Positions 42,841-57,671 of a stretch of 64,000 bases of DNA are shown here, one piece after another. The DNA is from Eledone cirrhosa (taxonomy: Eukaryota), in contig OZ024743.1 in the NCBI GenBank assembly GCA_964016885.1, positions 70,618,001 through 70,682,000 on the forward strand, read 5' to 3'. How positions within the stretch are numbered: position 1 is the stretch's first letter; each line of letters begins with the position of its first letter. The notes under the pieces were generated by a model, which saw nothing but the letters and a program-made list of their open reading frames with translations, was not told the DNA's origin and made no database searches. Made by a program: the position numbers and the translations under genes.

Positions 42841-43202
42841 AAGAATGAGAAATAATATAGATTGTGTGTGTGTGTGTATCTGTGTGTGTTATCATACGTC
42901 CGTACGAAGCTAAGAAGAAATATGTGTGTATATGTGAGTGTGTGTGCATGTAAGTACGAAGCTATGAGCAAAAGCATGTTAATATAAGGGTGTGTATGTA
43001 TATATGTCGGGTCACTCTTGAGTGCTACTAGTAACATGTAACCCAGTACAACCTGTCGCATGGTCGGGTCGTCGGCGACTAAACCGGCAACCCACCAAGT
43101 TTACTTGGTGAGGAGGGTGATTTTGGAACCCTGCAGGACAAAAAGCAATACCTGACAAAGGGCGGAAGAACTCATAAGAATCAGCGGCCATCCAAAAGTG
43201 TG

Positions 43203-43290
<88 letters not shown>

Positions 43291-43624
43291 AGTAATTCGG
43301 ACACATAAAATATCTGTAAATACAGTTGGTCACTCTAAATGATACCATAGAAAATCAGGCAAAATACTCCTAACGACGGAAAAAGGTAGCCAGCGGTCGC
43401 TGCGAAGAAACGAACCTCTTATCGTTCTGCACAACGGGCTTCCACTCAAAATTCATTGTTGACGCTGGAGTCATAGTAACAACCTCTTGTCCAAGGTGTT
43501 ACGCAATGGGATTGAACTCAGAAGTATTCGGTTATGAAGCGAATTACGGATTATTCGTAGGAACTTAAAACCACAACCTACCTGAATTTGATAAAACAGT
43601 ATTCTTTAACAATGGATATCATTA

Positions 43625-43812
43625 ATTGTTTCTACTTTAGGCACAAGGCCAGCAATTACCCAGTACATTACTGGTACTTTATTTTATCGACCCCGTGAGG
43701 ATGAAAGACAAAGTCAACCTCGGCGGGATTTGAACTCAGATCGTAAAGGGACGTAACTATGCTGGAAAGCATGGCGTCCGACCCTCTACCGATACTGCCA
43801 ATCCACCGCCCT
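43625..43812 (-). mobile_element. tRNA-derived SINE
   Basis: Reverse complement of the 58913-59102 family. Confidence 0.85.
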
Positions 43813-44597
43813 GGATATCATTAATGACAACTGGTAAGAAAAACACAAAAAATAAACAAGATGGTTTTATAAAATGAAAATTAAGTCAATTTAGAATAAT
43901 CTCTATATATTACGTATTACATGTATCTTTTAGTTCAAAAAAGGATTAATTTTAGTTATAACGACGTAGCATTTGAAGAATTAAGTTTGAAAAATATTTG
44001 TAATATATAATAATATAAATATTTAATTCAAATTAAATTTTCTATATAGGATAACTACTTAATGAAAATTTATATCCGCATTTAGTGATCTATTGAAATA
44101 TGTGCCTTATAAAGAGAATGAGGTCGGTTGTTTGTCAGAATAGTTAGAGCGTCGGGCAAAATGTTTAATGTTATTTATATCTGATCTAAGTTCAAGTCGC
44201 GCAAGTTTAGACCAACTTTGCCTTTCATCTTTCCCGGGTCGATAAAATAAAGTATCTGTCAAGTACTAGGATGAATTTAGTCAATGTTCCACTTACGCCA
44301 AATTTGGTGACCCAGAGCCTAAAATACAAATCGCTATATACAATATATTTTAAGTTCGACCCTATATATGTATGTATAAATATTTTTATATATGTATGTA
44401 TGTATATTCCTATATACATATATATTGGGGGGGGGGATAATAATGAATTGCAGAGGAGTGATGGGAATAAAAATAGTGATGAATGTTATGAAGAGAAATT
44501 GAATGAGATGGTTGGGTCATGTGTTGGGGAAGAATGAGAGTGACTGTGAATAGAGCTAGTGATGAATCTTATGACGAGAAATGGGATGAGATGGTTG

Positions 44598-44659
<62 letters not shown>

Positions 44660-46159
44660 ACAGTCACAACCAAGCTATTAGCAGAGAAGGATGGACAGAG
44701 AAAACCGGCCCTCATTCTAGGCCATGAACAACAAAACCGCACGATGATGATGCGTAACTCTATTTAAATTAATGGTCAACATGTTCAGCAAAACAATCGT
44801 ACCAATTCTTCCTCTTCACCTCCTAGGCCTATCCATTACTTCTTTGAGGTCGGGACTCGCAATTTCTACGATTTCAATATTAACACAACAGTCCGTCAGG
44901 TTTTTCGGCACATCTTGCTCCGATAGGAATATCAACGTGATTTTCACTTAATTCATAAGTGTTCAGTCTTCCGTATACTTTTATTTTTTTATTGATACAA
45001 CACCGACTACAATCATCTAACTTCACTTTGTAGGTTAGACGCAAATCACAAGGAAAACAATCCTCTGATATACAACCCCACCAAATTATTTGGTCTACCT
45101 AGATTTCAATGGCTATATCCTTTGCTTTTGTACGGTTGTACATTTGACAGTGTCGCAAAACATTATTCCACTTGATTCTTACCTTTCAACTATGAATTGG
45201 GCAGTGCCTTAAAATCCTGGTTTATTTGCGTGCTATTTTTTGGTATCCTATGAATGGAGAATCGAAAACCCTTTTTCTCATAACCTGATACATGCGTTAC
45301 ACATGCTCCATGGATGTTTGTGGACTATTTTTTCAAAATACCAATATCACAGATTGGAGCACAAAAAGAAACGTTTGTTCTTCATTTATTTCGGTTAAAG
45401 CATCCTGCTGGAATTTAGTGCAGACGCGTTTAAATCCAGCACCTTATAACCCCGACTGTAACCGGGTACACTAGCTACAAAGACAAATGGAAACATTGTT
45501 TCCTCGGTCCGATTTGACGAAAGTCGATTTAGTTCCACAACAAATTAACAAATCATACTTGAAGACACGTTGAGGCTGTTGCAAAGGGCAATAACCCTAG
45601 ACATAATTTTGATCAACTTTTTTTCACCTATAGCAAATTTATCGGGACAGGTTTTTAGCTACTCAAATCTACTTCAGAGGTCACGCATTCATGTAAAAAA
45701 TCATTAAAACTGAAGCGGGGGTTCGACTTTGCGCAAAAAACAAGGCAAAGTTGCACATGAGACAACTTTTTACAGGAACGTCCGTTTTACTTGAAAACTG
45801 TCGCAAAAGACTCGCCATTATGCCGCGGTTCAGATAAAGTCCCTTTTATTTCTTTTTCTGCACATGTGAGCGCGAAAATTGTAAAAAAAAGAAAAACTGT
45901 GAAAAAATCGACTTTTTCACCCTGCTTTAAAAATCAACTGAAAATTCAACTTCAAGTGAATTTGACTTCCGTCAGTCGTGCAAAGAACAATTTCAACGAT
46001 ACACTATGTACCTACAATTGATCCATTATTTATGCTCAATTACACACCTGCGTCTACTAACCTCTGTTTCTTTTCCTTGAGGTTCGAAGGTTTTTGCACC
46101 TGTGATGCGCGGGAAGTAACTTTCACACATTTTAACAACAGAGCAAAGGTCGACTTACA

Positions 46160-46186
46160 CCCGGGCAACGCCGGGTACTTCTGCTA

Positions 46187-46187
<1 letters not shown>
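46160..46187 (+). mobile_element. Helitron-like 3' terminus
   Basis: cccgggcaacgccggg hairpin, tacttctg spacer, CTAG|t. The 5' end was not located. Confidence 0.6.
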
Positions 46188-46221
<34 letters not shown>

Positions 46222-46334
46222 AGTTTCAAACCAATAAGATCTATCTGTAAACAATACTTGTTGTTACTAACAACAATATGTAATATGTAGAACATTACTG
46301 TTATTCAATTCAATACGACACATTTCTTTTATAT

Positions 46335-46840
46335 TGTTTTTATTGTTGTTGTTGCTTTGCTGTTGTTTTAGTTGTTGTTGTTTTTGTTGTTGTTGCTGTA
46401 GCTGTTGTTGTTTTGCTGTTGTTGTTATTGCTGTTGTTTTTGTTGTTGTTGCTGTAGCTGTTGTTGTTATTGCTGTGTTATTGCCGTTGTTGTTTTTGCC
46501 GTTATTTTTGTTACTGTTGTTGTTTTAGTTGTTGTTGTTATTGTTATTGTTATTGTTGTTGTTTTTGCTGTTGTTGTTATTGTTGTTCTTTTAGCTGTCG
46601 TAACTGTTGTTGTTTTTGTTTTTGTTTTTGCTATTGTTGTTTTTGTTGTTGTTATTGTTATTTTTGCTGTTGTTATTATTGTTGTTTTTGCAGTTGTTGT
46701 TATTGTTGTTATTTTAGCTGTTGTAATTGTTGTTTTAGCTGCTGTTTTTGCTGTTGTTGTTTGTGTTGTTGTTGTTGCTGTTGTTTTTTGTTATTGCTGT
46801 TGTTGTTTTTGTTGTTGCAGCTGCTGTTATTGCTGTTATT
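46335..46840. repeat. Imperfect (GTT)n tract
   Basis: Directly visible. Confidence 0.95.
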
Positions 46841-47095
46841 AATATTGAAATGAGATTCAGACAAGCTACAGACAGCGCAATATCTTCCTTAAGTAATACA
46901 AACATTGTATCTAGAGGAAATCTATTTATTGGTAGATGTGTGAAGTTTACAAGAGACAAATATCAGGATATTAGTTCTGAAAAAGATTTTAAAAAATAGA
47001 AACAACCAGAAAATAAATTGTTTCGGGAAACATTTTATACACAAATACCCACACACAAACACATATTCACACACACACACACACGCACACACACA

Positions 47096-47188
<93 letters not shown>

Positions 47189-47234
47189 CCTCATACACCT
47201 CCCTCGTAAACACACACACACATACACATACATG

Positions 47235-47307
<73 letters not shown>

Positions 47308-47338
47308 TATATATGCATATATATAGAGAGAGAGATAT

Positions 47339-47388
<50 letters not shown>

Positions 47389-47442
47389 GCATATTTATAT
47401 ATATATATATTATATAGATAGATATCTACATATATGCATATG

Positions 47443-47566
<124 letters not shown>

Positions 47567-47703
47567 TATATGTATACATATATATATGCATATATATCTA
47601 TATTTACACACATATATATATATATATGTGTGTGTATGTATGTATGTGTATAAGTGTGTGTGTTTGTGTGTGTGCGCGCATTAATATATATAAATAAATA
47701 CTG

Positions 47704-47774
<71 letters not shown>

Positions 47775-47849
47775 AAAATTGAACGGGAACAAAACAGAGA
47801 GGCAGTACGAACAAATGTTTCACGCTCTTGAGAGTGGGATGGTGTTGGG

Positions 47850-47885
47850 GAACGACGTTTCGGGCATAAGCCCTTCTTCAGGTGG
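47850..47885 (-). ncRNA. Minimal hammerhead motif, weak stem I
   Basis: CTGAAGA-agggcttatgccc-GAAA-cg-TC. Confidence 0.5.
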
Positions 47886-48296
47886 AAAGTGTGTGGGAAG
47901 AGAGTTCAAAGGGTGTGTAGGGGAGTGCTGGAGAGACATATAGCAAAAAGGGGGTGGGAGGAAACGGTGCTAATGAAAATAAAAATAAAAACATGATCAA
48001 AATAAAATTAAAATGGGGTATAACAGGTGGTGGAAGGGTGTGGGGCGTGTAGGGGTGGTGGCGGGTGGAGTGGGGAGAGGGAGACGGGGTGTCCGAGCGG
48101 GGAGGGCTGAAGGTGGTGTATACATATATATACACATATATATGTATGTGAACGTGTGTGTGTGTACGTGTGCATAGGAGGATATCATCTTTCTACAAAC
48201 TCGGATAACACTCTGCATCAATGGGATATCCTCTTAAGCAATAGATCGAGTTCTTAAATGTTTATATATCCTACCTAGACTAGGTAAAAAACTTAC

Positions 48297-48361
<65 letters not shown>

Positions 48362-48567
48362 AAAAAGTATGACCCCGACGGCAGAGCTCAAGCCGTTTCG
48401 ACGGCTATTTCTGGACTAAATTCAGAATTTAGTCCAGAAATAGCCGTCGAAACGGCTTGAGCTCTGCCGTCGGGGTCATACTTTTTCCTATTTCCCACTC
48501 TACAACCCTAAGTATTGAGTACTCTGGTGCGTTATGGTCCATCTGGTTCCTTACCACAATTCCTTTG

Positions 48568-48671
<104 letters not shown>

Positions 48672-48684
48672 TTATATATTTATA

Positions 48685-49002
48685 CGATATTAAATAAATG
48701 GAAACTATATTTATAAAACCATATTTATTTCATTATATATATTTCAGGGATATCATATTAAAAATATGGTATGCCTTCATCAGACAAAATACAATATAAA
48801 CAGTCTTATAAATAGATAGATTTGACATACCTTACAACTTCAACTTCCATTTAAAAAGTTGATTTGGTACCAAATCAACTTTTTAAATGGAAGTTGAAGT
48901 TGTAAGGTATGTCAAATCTATCTATTTATAAGACTGTTTATATTGTATTTTGTCTGATGAAGGCATACCATATTTTTAATATGATATCCCTGAAATATAT
49001 AT
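48685..49002. repeat. Spacerless palindrome of PLE pLTR (family B) with an HHR core in each arm
   Basis: Centre ttggt|accaa at 48868/48869. HHR at 48726-48791 (-); the + arm core starts at 48954 and is truncated into (TA)n. Confidence 0.85.
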
Positions 49003-49562
49003 ATGTATATGTATATATGTATATGTATGCATGTATACATGTATTTGTGTTCATACAAGGAATAAAATTAAGGTTTCAATGCCTAATATTGATCATATCT
49101 CCAGAAATGTAAGAGGGTTCAATATTCTGTCCTATCTTCGGGCGCTTATACAAGTGTATAAGATACCGTTACATATATACACACGCACGAACACACACAC
49201 ACACGCAAACGCACAGACACACACACACACGCACACAGACGCACGCGCACACACACACATACGTATATCTATAAGTATTTATTTTATATATCAGGATTAA
49301 ACCAGTATTAAACTAGTTAGACCAATATGCAGCAGAGTACTCGATACTTAAGATAGAAGGGTGTGGTTATATAGGAAAGTGTCGGAGCCCGACGGCTGAG
49401 CTCTTGCCCTTTCAACATCTAGTTCCAGACTATATATATATATATAATGTGTGTGAGTGTGTGTGTGTGCCTGCATGTTTGTGTGCCTGGGTGTGTGTGT
49501 ATGTGTGTGTGCGTGTGTGTGTGAGTGTGAGAAGACAAGCGATTTTTCAGTTAATATGTGTG

Positions 49563-49644
<82 letters not shown>

Positions 49645-49645
<1 letters not shown>

Positions 49646-50340
49646 AGGTGCATGGCTTAGTGGTTAGAATGTTGGGATTGCTATCGGGTTGTTGTGAGTC
49701 CGATTCTCGGAACGAGTGATGCGTGGTGTCCTTGAGCAAGACACTTTATTTCATGTTGCTCCAGTTTACTCAGCTGTAGAAATCAGTTGTGATGTCACTG
49801 GTGCCAAGCTGTATCGGCCATTGCCTTTCCCTTGGGCAACATATATAGTGTAGTGTATATATGGTGTATAAAGTGTTTATATATAGTATGTATATAATGT
49901 ATATACATGTTGTGACGTCACTGGTGCCAAGCTGTATCGGCCATTGCCTTTCCCTTGGGCAACATATATAGTGTAGTGTATATATGGTGTATAAAGTGTT
50001 TATATACAGTATTTATATAATGTATATACATGTTGTGACGTCACTGGTGGTAAGCTGTATCGGCCATTGCCTTTCCCTTGGACAACATATATAGTGTAGT
50101 GTATATATGGTGTAGAAAGTGTTTATATATAGTATGTATATAATGTATATACATGTTGTGACGTCACTGATGGTAAGCTGTATCAGCCATTGCCTTTCCG
50201 TTGGACAACATCGGTGATGTGGGGAGGGGAGACTGGTATGCATGGGCCACTACTGGTCTACCACAAAGGACCTTGCCCGGACTTGTGCCTCGGAGGTACA
50301 AATCCCATGGTCATTCATGACCGAAGGTTAATTTTACCCT
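49645..50340 (+). mobile_element. tRNA-derived SINE with an internal 123-bp tandem amplification
   Basis: Head tggcttagtggttag...gagtccgattc, then gtccttgagcaagacacttt. gtcactg recurs at 49794, 49917, 50040 and 50163. Confidence 0.75.
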
Positions 50341-50800
50341 TTATATTTATAATAGGGTCAGCTAAAAGGTTCATAGGCTGACTATGAAGGAATGATGCTA
50401 GAGCTGTGAAATCTTGCATGCATTAATTTCAACTCTTTTTATTAATAAATGCACAAAAATATGTTTAAACTAGAATTCTTACGACGTTATAAACTTTCTT
50501 TTCCATTTTTATTTGTTCTATATTTGTGTATACGCCTATCACATAATTGACTAACTAGTCCTCTTCAGTTGTTTCTGGTCAATATGAACACTAATATTCT
50601 CATGTAATTATTTAATCATGTCTGTTAATGTATGGAAGTACAGAAGTACTACATTTTGATATACTGTTTTTAATACCACTTCTGCTTTGATGTTGCTTTT
50701 AATTGCGCTTGTAATTTGCAATGTATTAATTGGGATGGTATGAAGCTCATTTAAGGTATGGAGTTATCTCTTATATGTAATACATTTGGAACTTCAAATA

Positions 50801-50898
50801 AGTTCCTGAAGATATATAGAGCGAGGGTCAGATATCTCGTGGTGTGTATCGTGGTATGACTCATCGCTCTACATTGAAACATATATAGAGTTAGAATT
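50801..50898 (+). ncRNA. Degenerate type I hammerhead
   Basis: agttc-CTGAAGA-..tagagcga...tcgctcta..-GAAA-...TA-gaatt. Stem III is imperfect. Confidence 0.45.
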
Positions 50899-50949
50899 AT
50901 GTTTTAACTACAACTTGGTTATTCTCTGTCGATTGATATATATATATAT

Positions 50950-51019
<70 letters not shown>

Positions 51020-51112
51020 AAAGTTATATTTAAATTGTTGGGTTAACAACGAGTAAATATTTATAACTGATATAAAAGCACTCAACAAGTATTTGGAGTA
51101 TATTTATGATAT

Positions 51113-52034
51113 ACTATAGTAAACTCTGTTCAATCACGTATCTCTAGAATCTCATCTAATAAAAAGATTTTCGACGAAAAAGCCCATTATTACAATGAAG
51201 CGTTAGCTAGAGCAGGATATAGTGACAAAATTATGTACATAGATAATGATAAACAAATTAAACAAAATAACAACTATTTTAATTATGGCCACAACCTTAA
51301 CAACTATAATAGAAAGCATTACAATAATTCCAAAAGCCATAAAAGAAATAGAACTAGGAATATAATATGGTTTGCCCCCCCCCCCCCCTTTCTCACTAAA
51401 CATTAAAACCCACATTGCTAAACTATTTTTTAAAGCTCTCGATAATCGCTTCCCTAGAACACATAGGTATCACTCAATTTTCAATAGACATACTATAAAA
51501 CTAACCTACTCATCCACCAAAAATTTAGCGCAAAATATTAATAGAATAAATAACAGGAACTTAAAACCTAGCGATAATAGCATAAATAATATCCAAGTTA
51601 ACAAATGTAACTGTAGAGATAGATCTAAATGTCCGTTAAATAACAACTGCTTAGTTAAAAATATAATATACAACTGTAATGTTAAAACGGACGTTAATTC
51701 TTTTAACTACGTTGGTTCTACATCGACGGAATTTAAACTTCGCTATAACAACCACAAGAATTCTTTCACAGATCCATCCAAAAAATCTTCAACAGCACTA
51801 TCAGGCGTACTCTGGCAACTTAGGCATGATAACGTTAGATATTCGACGACTTGGAAAATAGTTTCAAGGGGGATTCCTTTTAATTCATCCTCTGAGACAT
51901 GTGATCTCTGTGCGGAGGAGATATTCTTTATACTAAAATCTAAAAATTCCCTTAATCTACGGACAAATTTATTCAGTTGCTGTAGACATAGATTGAACTC
52001 AACGTTTAAATATAAATTTAAATTTAAAATGTAA
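51113..52034 (+). pseudogene. PLE polyprotein C-terminus: thumb/linker + GIY-YIG endonuclease
   Basis: CNCRDRSKCPL, NIIY...YVGSTSTEFKLRYNNH, CDLCAEE and LNLR...CRH. One frameshift at the poly-C near 51376-51388, which may be an assembly error. Confidence 0.9.
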
Positions 52035-53412
52035 TTATGTTTGTTTTGATTTGATTTGTAATTATTTATGAAACTAGCCGATAAATCTTTCGATTTCTTC
52101 TTTTTATTAAAACATTCTTTTATTAAAACATTCTTCATGAATAATTAAACTACCCTAAAAGCTGATGCTCCAAATATATCGAATTAAATTTTAAACTAGA
52201 TTAACTTCTATATTATATATAAGAACATATGTAGACCAAATGGGTATCCTAAACTTTTGGAATGATTTCTGCTAGACAGGATTTGGTAAACAATTTTTGT
52301 TTTATCTGTTTCGACTCTGATGCTTATGATGATCTTGGCAATATATTGTCAATTAACTTTGAAAGGCTGATCTCTGTGTTTTATTTGTATTATTTTTTTA
52401 TATTTTTTAATATTTTGTAATATTTTTTTATTTTTAATATTAAATGTCTTAGTTTTCTGTTTATTTATTTATTTATTTATTTTCTTGTCTCTGATATTTT
52501 TATTTTTATTTTTATTTTTATTTTTATTTTTATTTTTATTTTTATTTTTATTTTTATTTTTATTTTTATTTTTATTTTTATTTTTATTTTTATTTTTATT
52601 TTTATTTTTATTAATATATTGAAATCTGTTCTCTTTTTCTGCTTGATCGACAATCAGGTAGAATAAAGACAAGAATAGTATTGTTAAAATTAATATAGAC
52701 TCTATATATATATGTGTATATATACACACATATATGTATACTTGAATTTTTATAGCACAATGAGAATGTTTTCGTGTGAATTGAGAGTTTGTTTATAATT
52801 ATGATATAAACATATGAATTTTTAAAAACTAGACATAAGATCATTACTTTTCACACATTATAGATACATGTCTCATTCATGAATACTGGTACTTACATTA
52901 TAATGCCCGTTTTATACGAACTAATATTTTCTACGGATAAAACATAGCGGTTTTAAATTCTGCATCGTTTATGTCTGGTTGTGTTTCATTTTCTCTTTTT
53001 CATTTTCTCTTTTTTCTCTCTATATAACGGCTATTTTCTCTCTTAACTACATACATCTCTCTTTACATTAATACTAGAGCTAAATAAATAAATAAATAAA
53101 TAAATAAATGTATCAACCGATACTCAACTTCCTAATTTCTCTATCTATCTCTATCTATCTCTTTCTTTTTTCCTCTCTCTATATATATTTCTCTCTGTTT
53201 CTTTACATGAAGTTCTTCTCTTTATCTATCTTTCTATATCCCTCTATTTAGTCACATGCATTTCTTCTTTTTCTTCGTTTCTCTTTCTTTCTCTCTTTAT
53301 CTCTTTCTTTTTACAACTGTCCACAATATTTTTTACTACCAAATCAACCTCCCAAATGCAAGGTGATTGAAAGGTATGTCGTATCTATTTATTTATAAGA
53401 CTGTTTATATTG

Positions 53413-53478
53413 TATTTTGTCTGAAGACGGCATAACATATTGTTAATATGATATCCCTGAAATATATATAACGAAATA
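53413..53478 (+). ncRNA. Type I hammerhead ribozyme in the PLE pLTR (family B)
   Basis: tattttgt-CTGAAGA-cgg...ccct-GAAA-tatata-TA-acgaaata. Confidence 0.8.
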
Positions 53479-53515
53479 AATATGGTTTTATAAATATAGT
53501 TTCCATTTATTTAAT

Positions 53516-53555
<40 letters not shown>

Positions 53556-53626
53556 CACACAGACCAAAGACAATGGAAAAAATAACGGAAAGACAAACTG
53601 TCTCATCTCGTCAATTTATATTTATA

Positions 53627-53706
<80 letters not shown>

Positions 53707-53734
53707 ATTGGTGCGCTGAAATTGCGATGCATAC

Positions 53735-54209
53735 ATGAATGTATGTATAGTATATTCGGCAATATACCGTATGTTTAATTAAAAACATTTTGAAGACCTT
53801 ACGCTATCATTTTAAAGTAGTGACTATGTCACTTACTTCTTTTTTCGGCAAAGGAAGGGAGAGAAGCTGACAGATTCTGTTACACACTGTTGTTGTTCCT
53901 CAGAGCAATGTGCTCCCCAACCAATCCTAATTTTTAATTTTTGCTGGACCGGCAATCGCTCTGTATAATCAGTTCCTGATTATTACTGGAATTCTATAAG
54001 AATCCAGCCTCTATAATTTTCGGCAGAGGTCGGGGAGTACGTTGCTCTGAGAAAACCAACAGTGTGAAACAGAATCTGTCAGCTTCTCTCCATTCCTTTG
54101 CCGAAAAAAGAAGTAAGTGACATAGTCACTACTTTAAAATGATAGTGCAAGGTCTTCAAAATGTTTTTAATTAAACATACGGTATATTACCGAATATACT
54201 ATACATACA

Positions 54210-54214
<5 letters not shown>
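53735..54214. mobile_element. Fold-back/MITE-like element with ~180-bp inverted arms
   Basis: atgaatgtatgtatagtatattcggcaatataccgtatg... and its reverse complement. Solo arms at ~27240-27345 and ~32020-32140. Confidence 0.8.
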
Positions 54215-54275
<61 letters not shown>

Positions 54276-54443
54276 CAATTAGTTATTTAATTTGTTGGTT
54301 ATTCAACAAATTTAGTTTATAACAGATTAGAAGCACTCTTCAGATTTCTTCTGGAGTATAAATTCAATAATATGACTATTCAAACAGAACGCAAAACGAT
54401 AAATTCTTGTTTTGAATATGTCACTATCTGAATACAACTTTTA

Positions 54444-54504
54444 TATTTTATCTGATGACGGCGTACCAAAATTTTGGTACCCTTGAAATATATATAATAA
54501 AATA
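54444..54504 (+). ncRNA. Type I hammerhead ribozyme (family B)
   Basis: tattttat-CTGATGA-cggcgtaccaaaattttggtaccctt-GAAA-tatata-TA-ataaaata. Confidence 0.8.
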
Positions 54505-54544
54505 AATATGGTTTTATAAAGATAGTTTCTATTTATTAATATTA

Positions 54545-54660
<116 letters not shown>

Positions 54661-54666
54661 TAGATG

Positions 54667-54717
54667 AGATTCTACAGGACGAGAACTGTTTCATTCTTTA
54701 GAAATCATCAGGAATCT
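54667..54717 (-). ncRNA. Type I hammerhead ribozyme (family A)
   Basis: agattc-CTGATGA-...-GAAA-cag...ctg-TA-gaatct. Confidence 0.78.
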
Positions 54718-54853
54718 GGGTATCCAAAAATAGAAGTGGTATATATAGGTCTTTTCAGGTGGTAGGAGAGGGTGGGGAGTGGGATGGGTAGAGGTTATTG
54801 GTTGATAGAAAAGGGAATTAAATGTGGTTACCTCCGATTCAACACGGAATAAC

Positions 54854-54889
<36 letters not shown>

Positions 54890-54901
54890 TTAATATAGAT
54901 G

Positions 54902-54952
54902 AGATTCTACAGGACTAGAACTGTTTCATTCATTAGAAATCATCAGGAATCT
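54902..54952 (-). ncRNA. Type I hammerhead ribozyme (family A)
   Basis: Same motif as 54667-54717. Confidence 0.78.
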
Positions 54953-55094
54953 GGGTATCAAAAAATAAAAATGGTATTTATAGTCTGTAGATGCCCTAGT
55001 CCTGTAGAATCTCATCTATATTAAAACTTTTATACTCTGCTATGTATTGAGTACCTTACTTACTGTGGTTACCTCCGATTCAACCCGGAATAAC

Positions 55095-55154
<60 letters not shown>

Positions 55155-55336
55155 GATAGTGTGTGGTAAAAACCAGCTAGACCATAACCCACCAGGGTAC
55201 TCGATATTTGGGGTAGTAGAATGGGTAATATGAAAAGATTCAGGACTCCCACGGCTGAGCTCCGGCCGTTCCGACAGCTAGATCCGAACTCTAGCTGTCG
55301 AAACGGCCGGAGCTCAGCCCTCGGAATCCCAAATAT

Positions 55337-55372
<36 letters not shown>

Positions 55373-55379
55373 TATTCTA

Positions 55380-55830
55380 GGGCAGGTAAAATTCTCGAGA
55401 TCCATGGACGAGTTCTCTCCAGCGGTCTCTGTCCCTCATTATCGCTGCCATGTCCTGCGTCTCCAACAGACCAGTGTCTGTCCTTAGGGCATCAACATAC
55501 GTTAACCTTGTCTTCCTCTTCAAGTGTGTCCATGTAGGGGCTCCCACAGGAACACTGAGTGTAGTGTCAACTCTGGATGCCGGTGAGCATGTCCAGCTAA
55601 CCTCAGTCTCCTCTGTGTCACTTTTGAGCTGACTTTTGGGAGGCTCCCATACAGCTCTGAGTATTTCATCGTCAGTGTATACTGATTAATGTTCAGAGCC
55701 ATCCTCAGCATTCTCGTGTAGCACCCATCCACCATCTGAGTGAGTTTCATGGTCAGTGTCCAAGTCTCAGACCCGTACAGCAGCGTAGACTCCACTATAG
55801 CAATGAAGAGGCGGATTTTCAGGTCTCTCG
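55380..55830 (-). mobile_element. RTE-like LINE 3' fragment
   Basis: RLFIAIVESTLLYGSETWTLT...RMLR...RRLRLAGHAHRH...LWEP. Confidence 0.8.
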
Positions 55831-56166
55831 TATATATATATATGTGTGTGTTTTTATATTTGTAACGCGAACTGGCGCGAAATTTAGTATACATATTCAC
55901 CAACCAACCAAATTACTTCTCTAAAAACCTGGCATTTCAAGCCACTTTTTTCCATATAAAACTGAAGTAACATTCAAAGACCAACCAGATGTGAGAAAAA
56001 CCAAAATCCTACTTTTGAAAAGCAGAACTGCGAAACCGGTAAAGGAATCAAATAAATCTTTTTTTTTTTTAAGTCTCCAGTTGCATTTTCGATTTCATCT
56101 TTTTTCCTTATACTTTCACTCGTGTAGGACACCTCGGTTATTTTTCATTTTGTAAAAAAACCTCAC

Positions 56167-56884
<718 letters not shown>

Positions 56885-56912
56885 ATAATATACATACATA
56901 CATACATACATA

Positions 56913-56970
<58 letters not shown>

Positions 56971-57472
56971 CCTTTCTGATTTACTTTCATTTTTATCATT
57001 ATTAATTTCATTTTTATTTTTATTTTTATTTTTATTTTTATTTTTATTTTTATTTTTATTTTTATTTTTATTTTTATTTTTATTTTTATTTTTATTTTTA
57101 TTTTTATTTTTATTTTTATTTTTATTTTTATTTTTTTTTATTTTTACTTCACATCCACTAATAACCCCCCCCCCCCCCACACACACACACACTTTATTCT
57201 CCGATTCACTTACCTAATATCTTCACTTTCCACTTTTTACTTCCCTATTTTCTTCACTAACTGATTACATGGGTCACTTGCGTTTTCCACCCTAGATATT
57301 TTTTATTTTAATTTTTTATTTTATTTTGTCGCAGCCAATCTTATAATTTTATATCTGCACTTACTTATCCACAAGTTTTTTTTACACCCTGTATCTATGT
57401 GTCTGAACGCCTTAATGTGTGTATACTTTCTATATATGTACACGAGTGCCTCCGTATGTGCGCGCGCGTTCC

Positions 57473-57512
<40 letters not shown>

Positions 57513-57630
57513 ATGTATATGTGTCTTTATATCCGTGTTTTTACATCTATGTTTTTTGTTTGATTTTTTCTTCCTTTTTTTTACATCCTCATTTTTATGC
57601 GTGTGCATGCAAACAGGTCAATATGCGTGA

Positions 57631-57671
<41 letters not shown>

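Larger units (their letters stand above)
51017..53520 (+). mobile_element. 5'-truncated Penelope-like element with inverted pLTR piece at the 5' end
   Basis: Inverted pLTR tail at 51017-51112 (reverse complement of 61815-61930), ORF remnant at 51113-52034, long AT-rich 3' region with (TTTTTA)n, and HHR at 53413-53478. (TA)n on both sides. Confidence 0.85.

Noticed and set aside
44660-45480. Possible decayed LINE C-terminal coding fragment
   Set aside because: Only a vague resemblance; no motif I can support.
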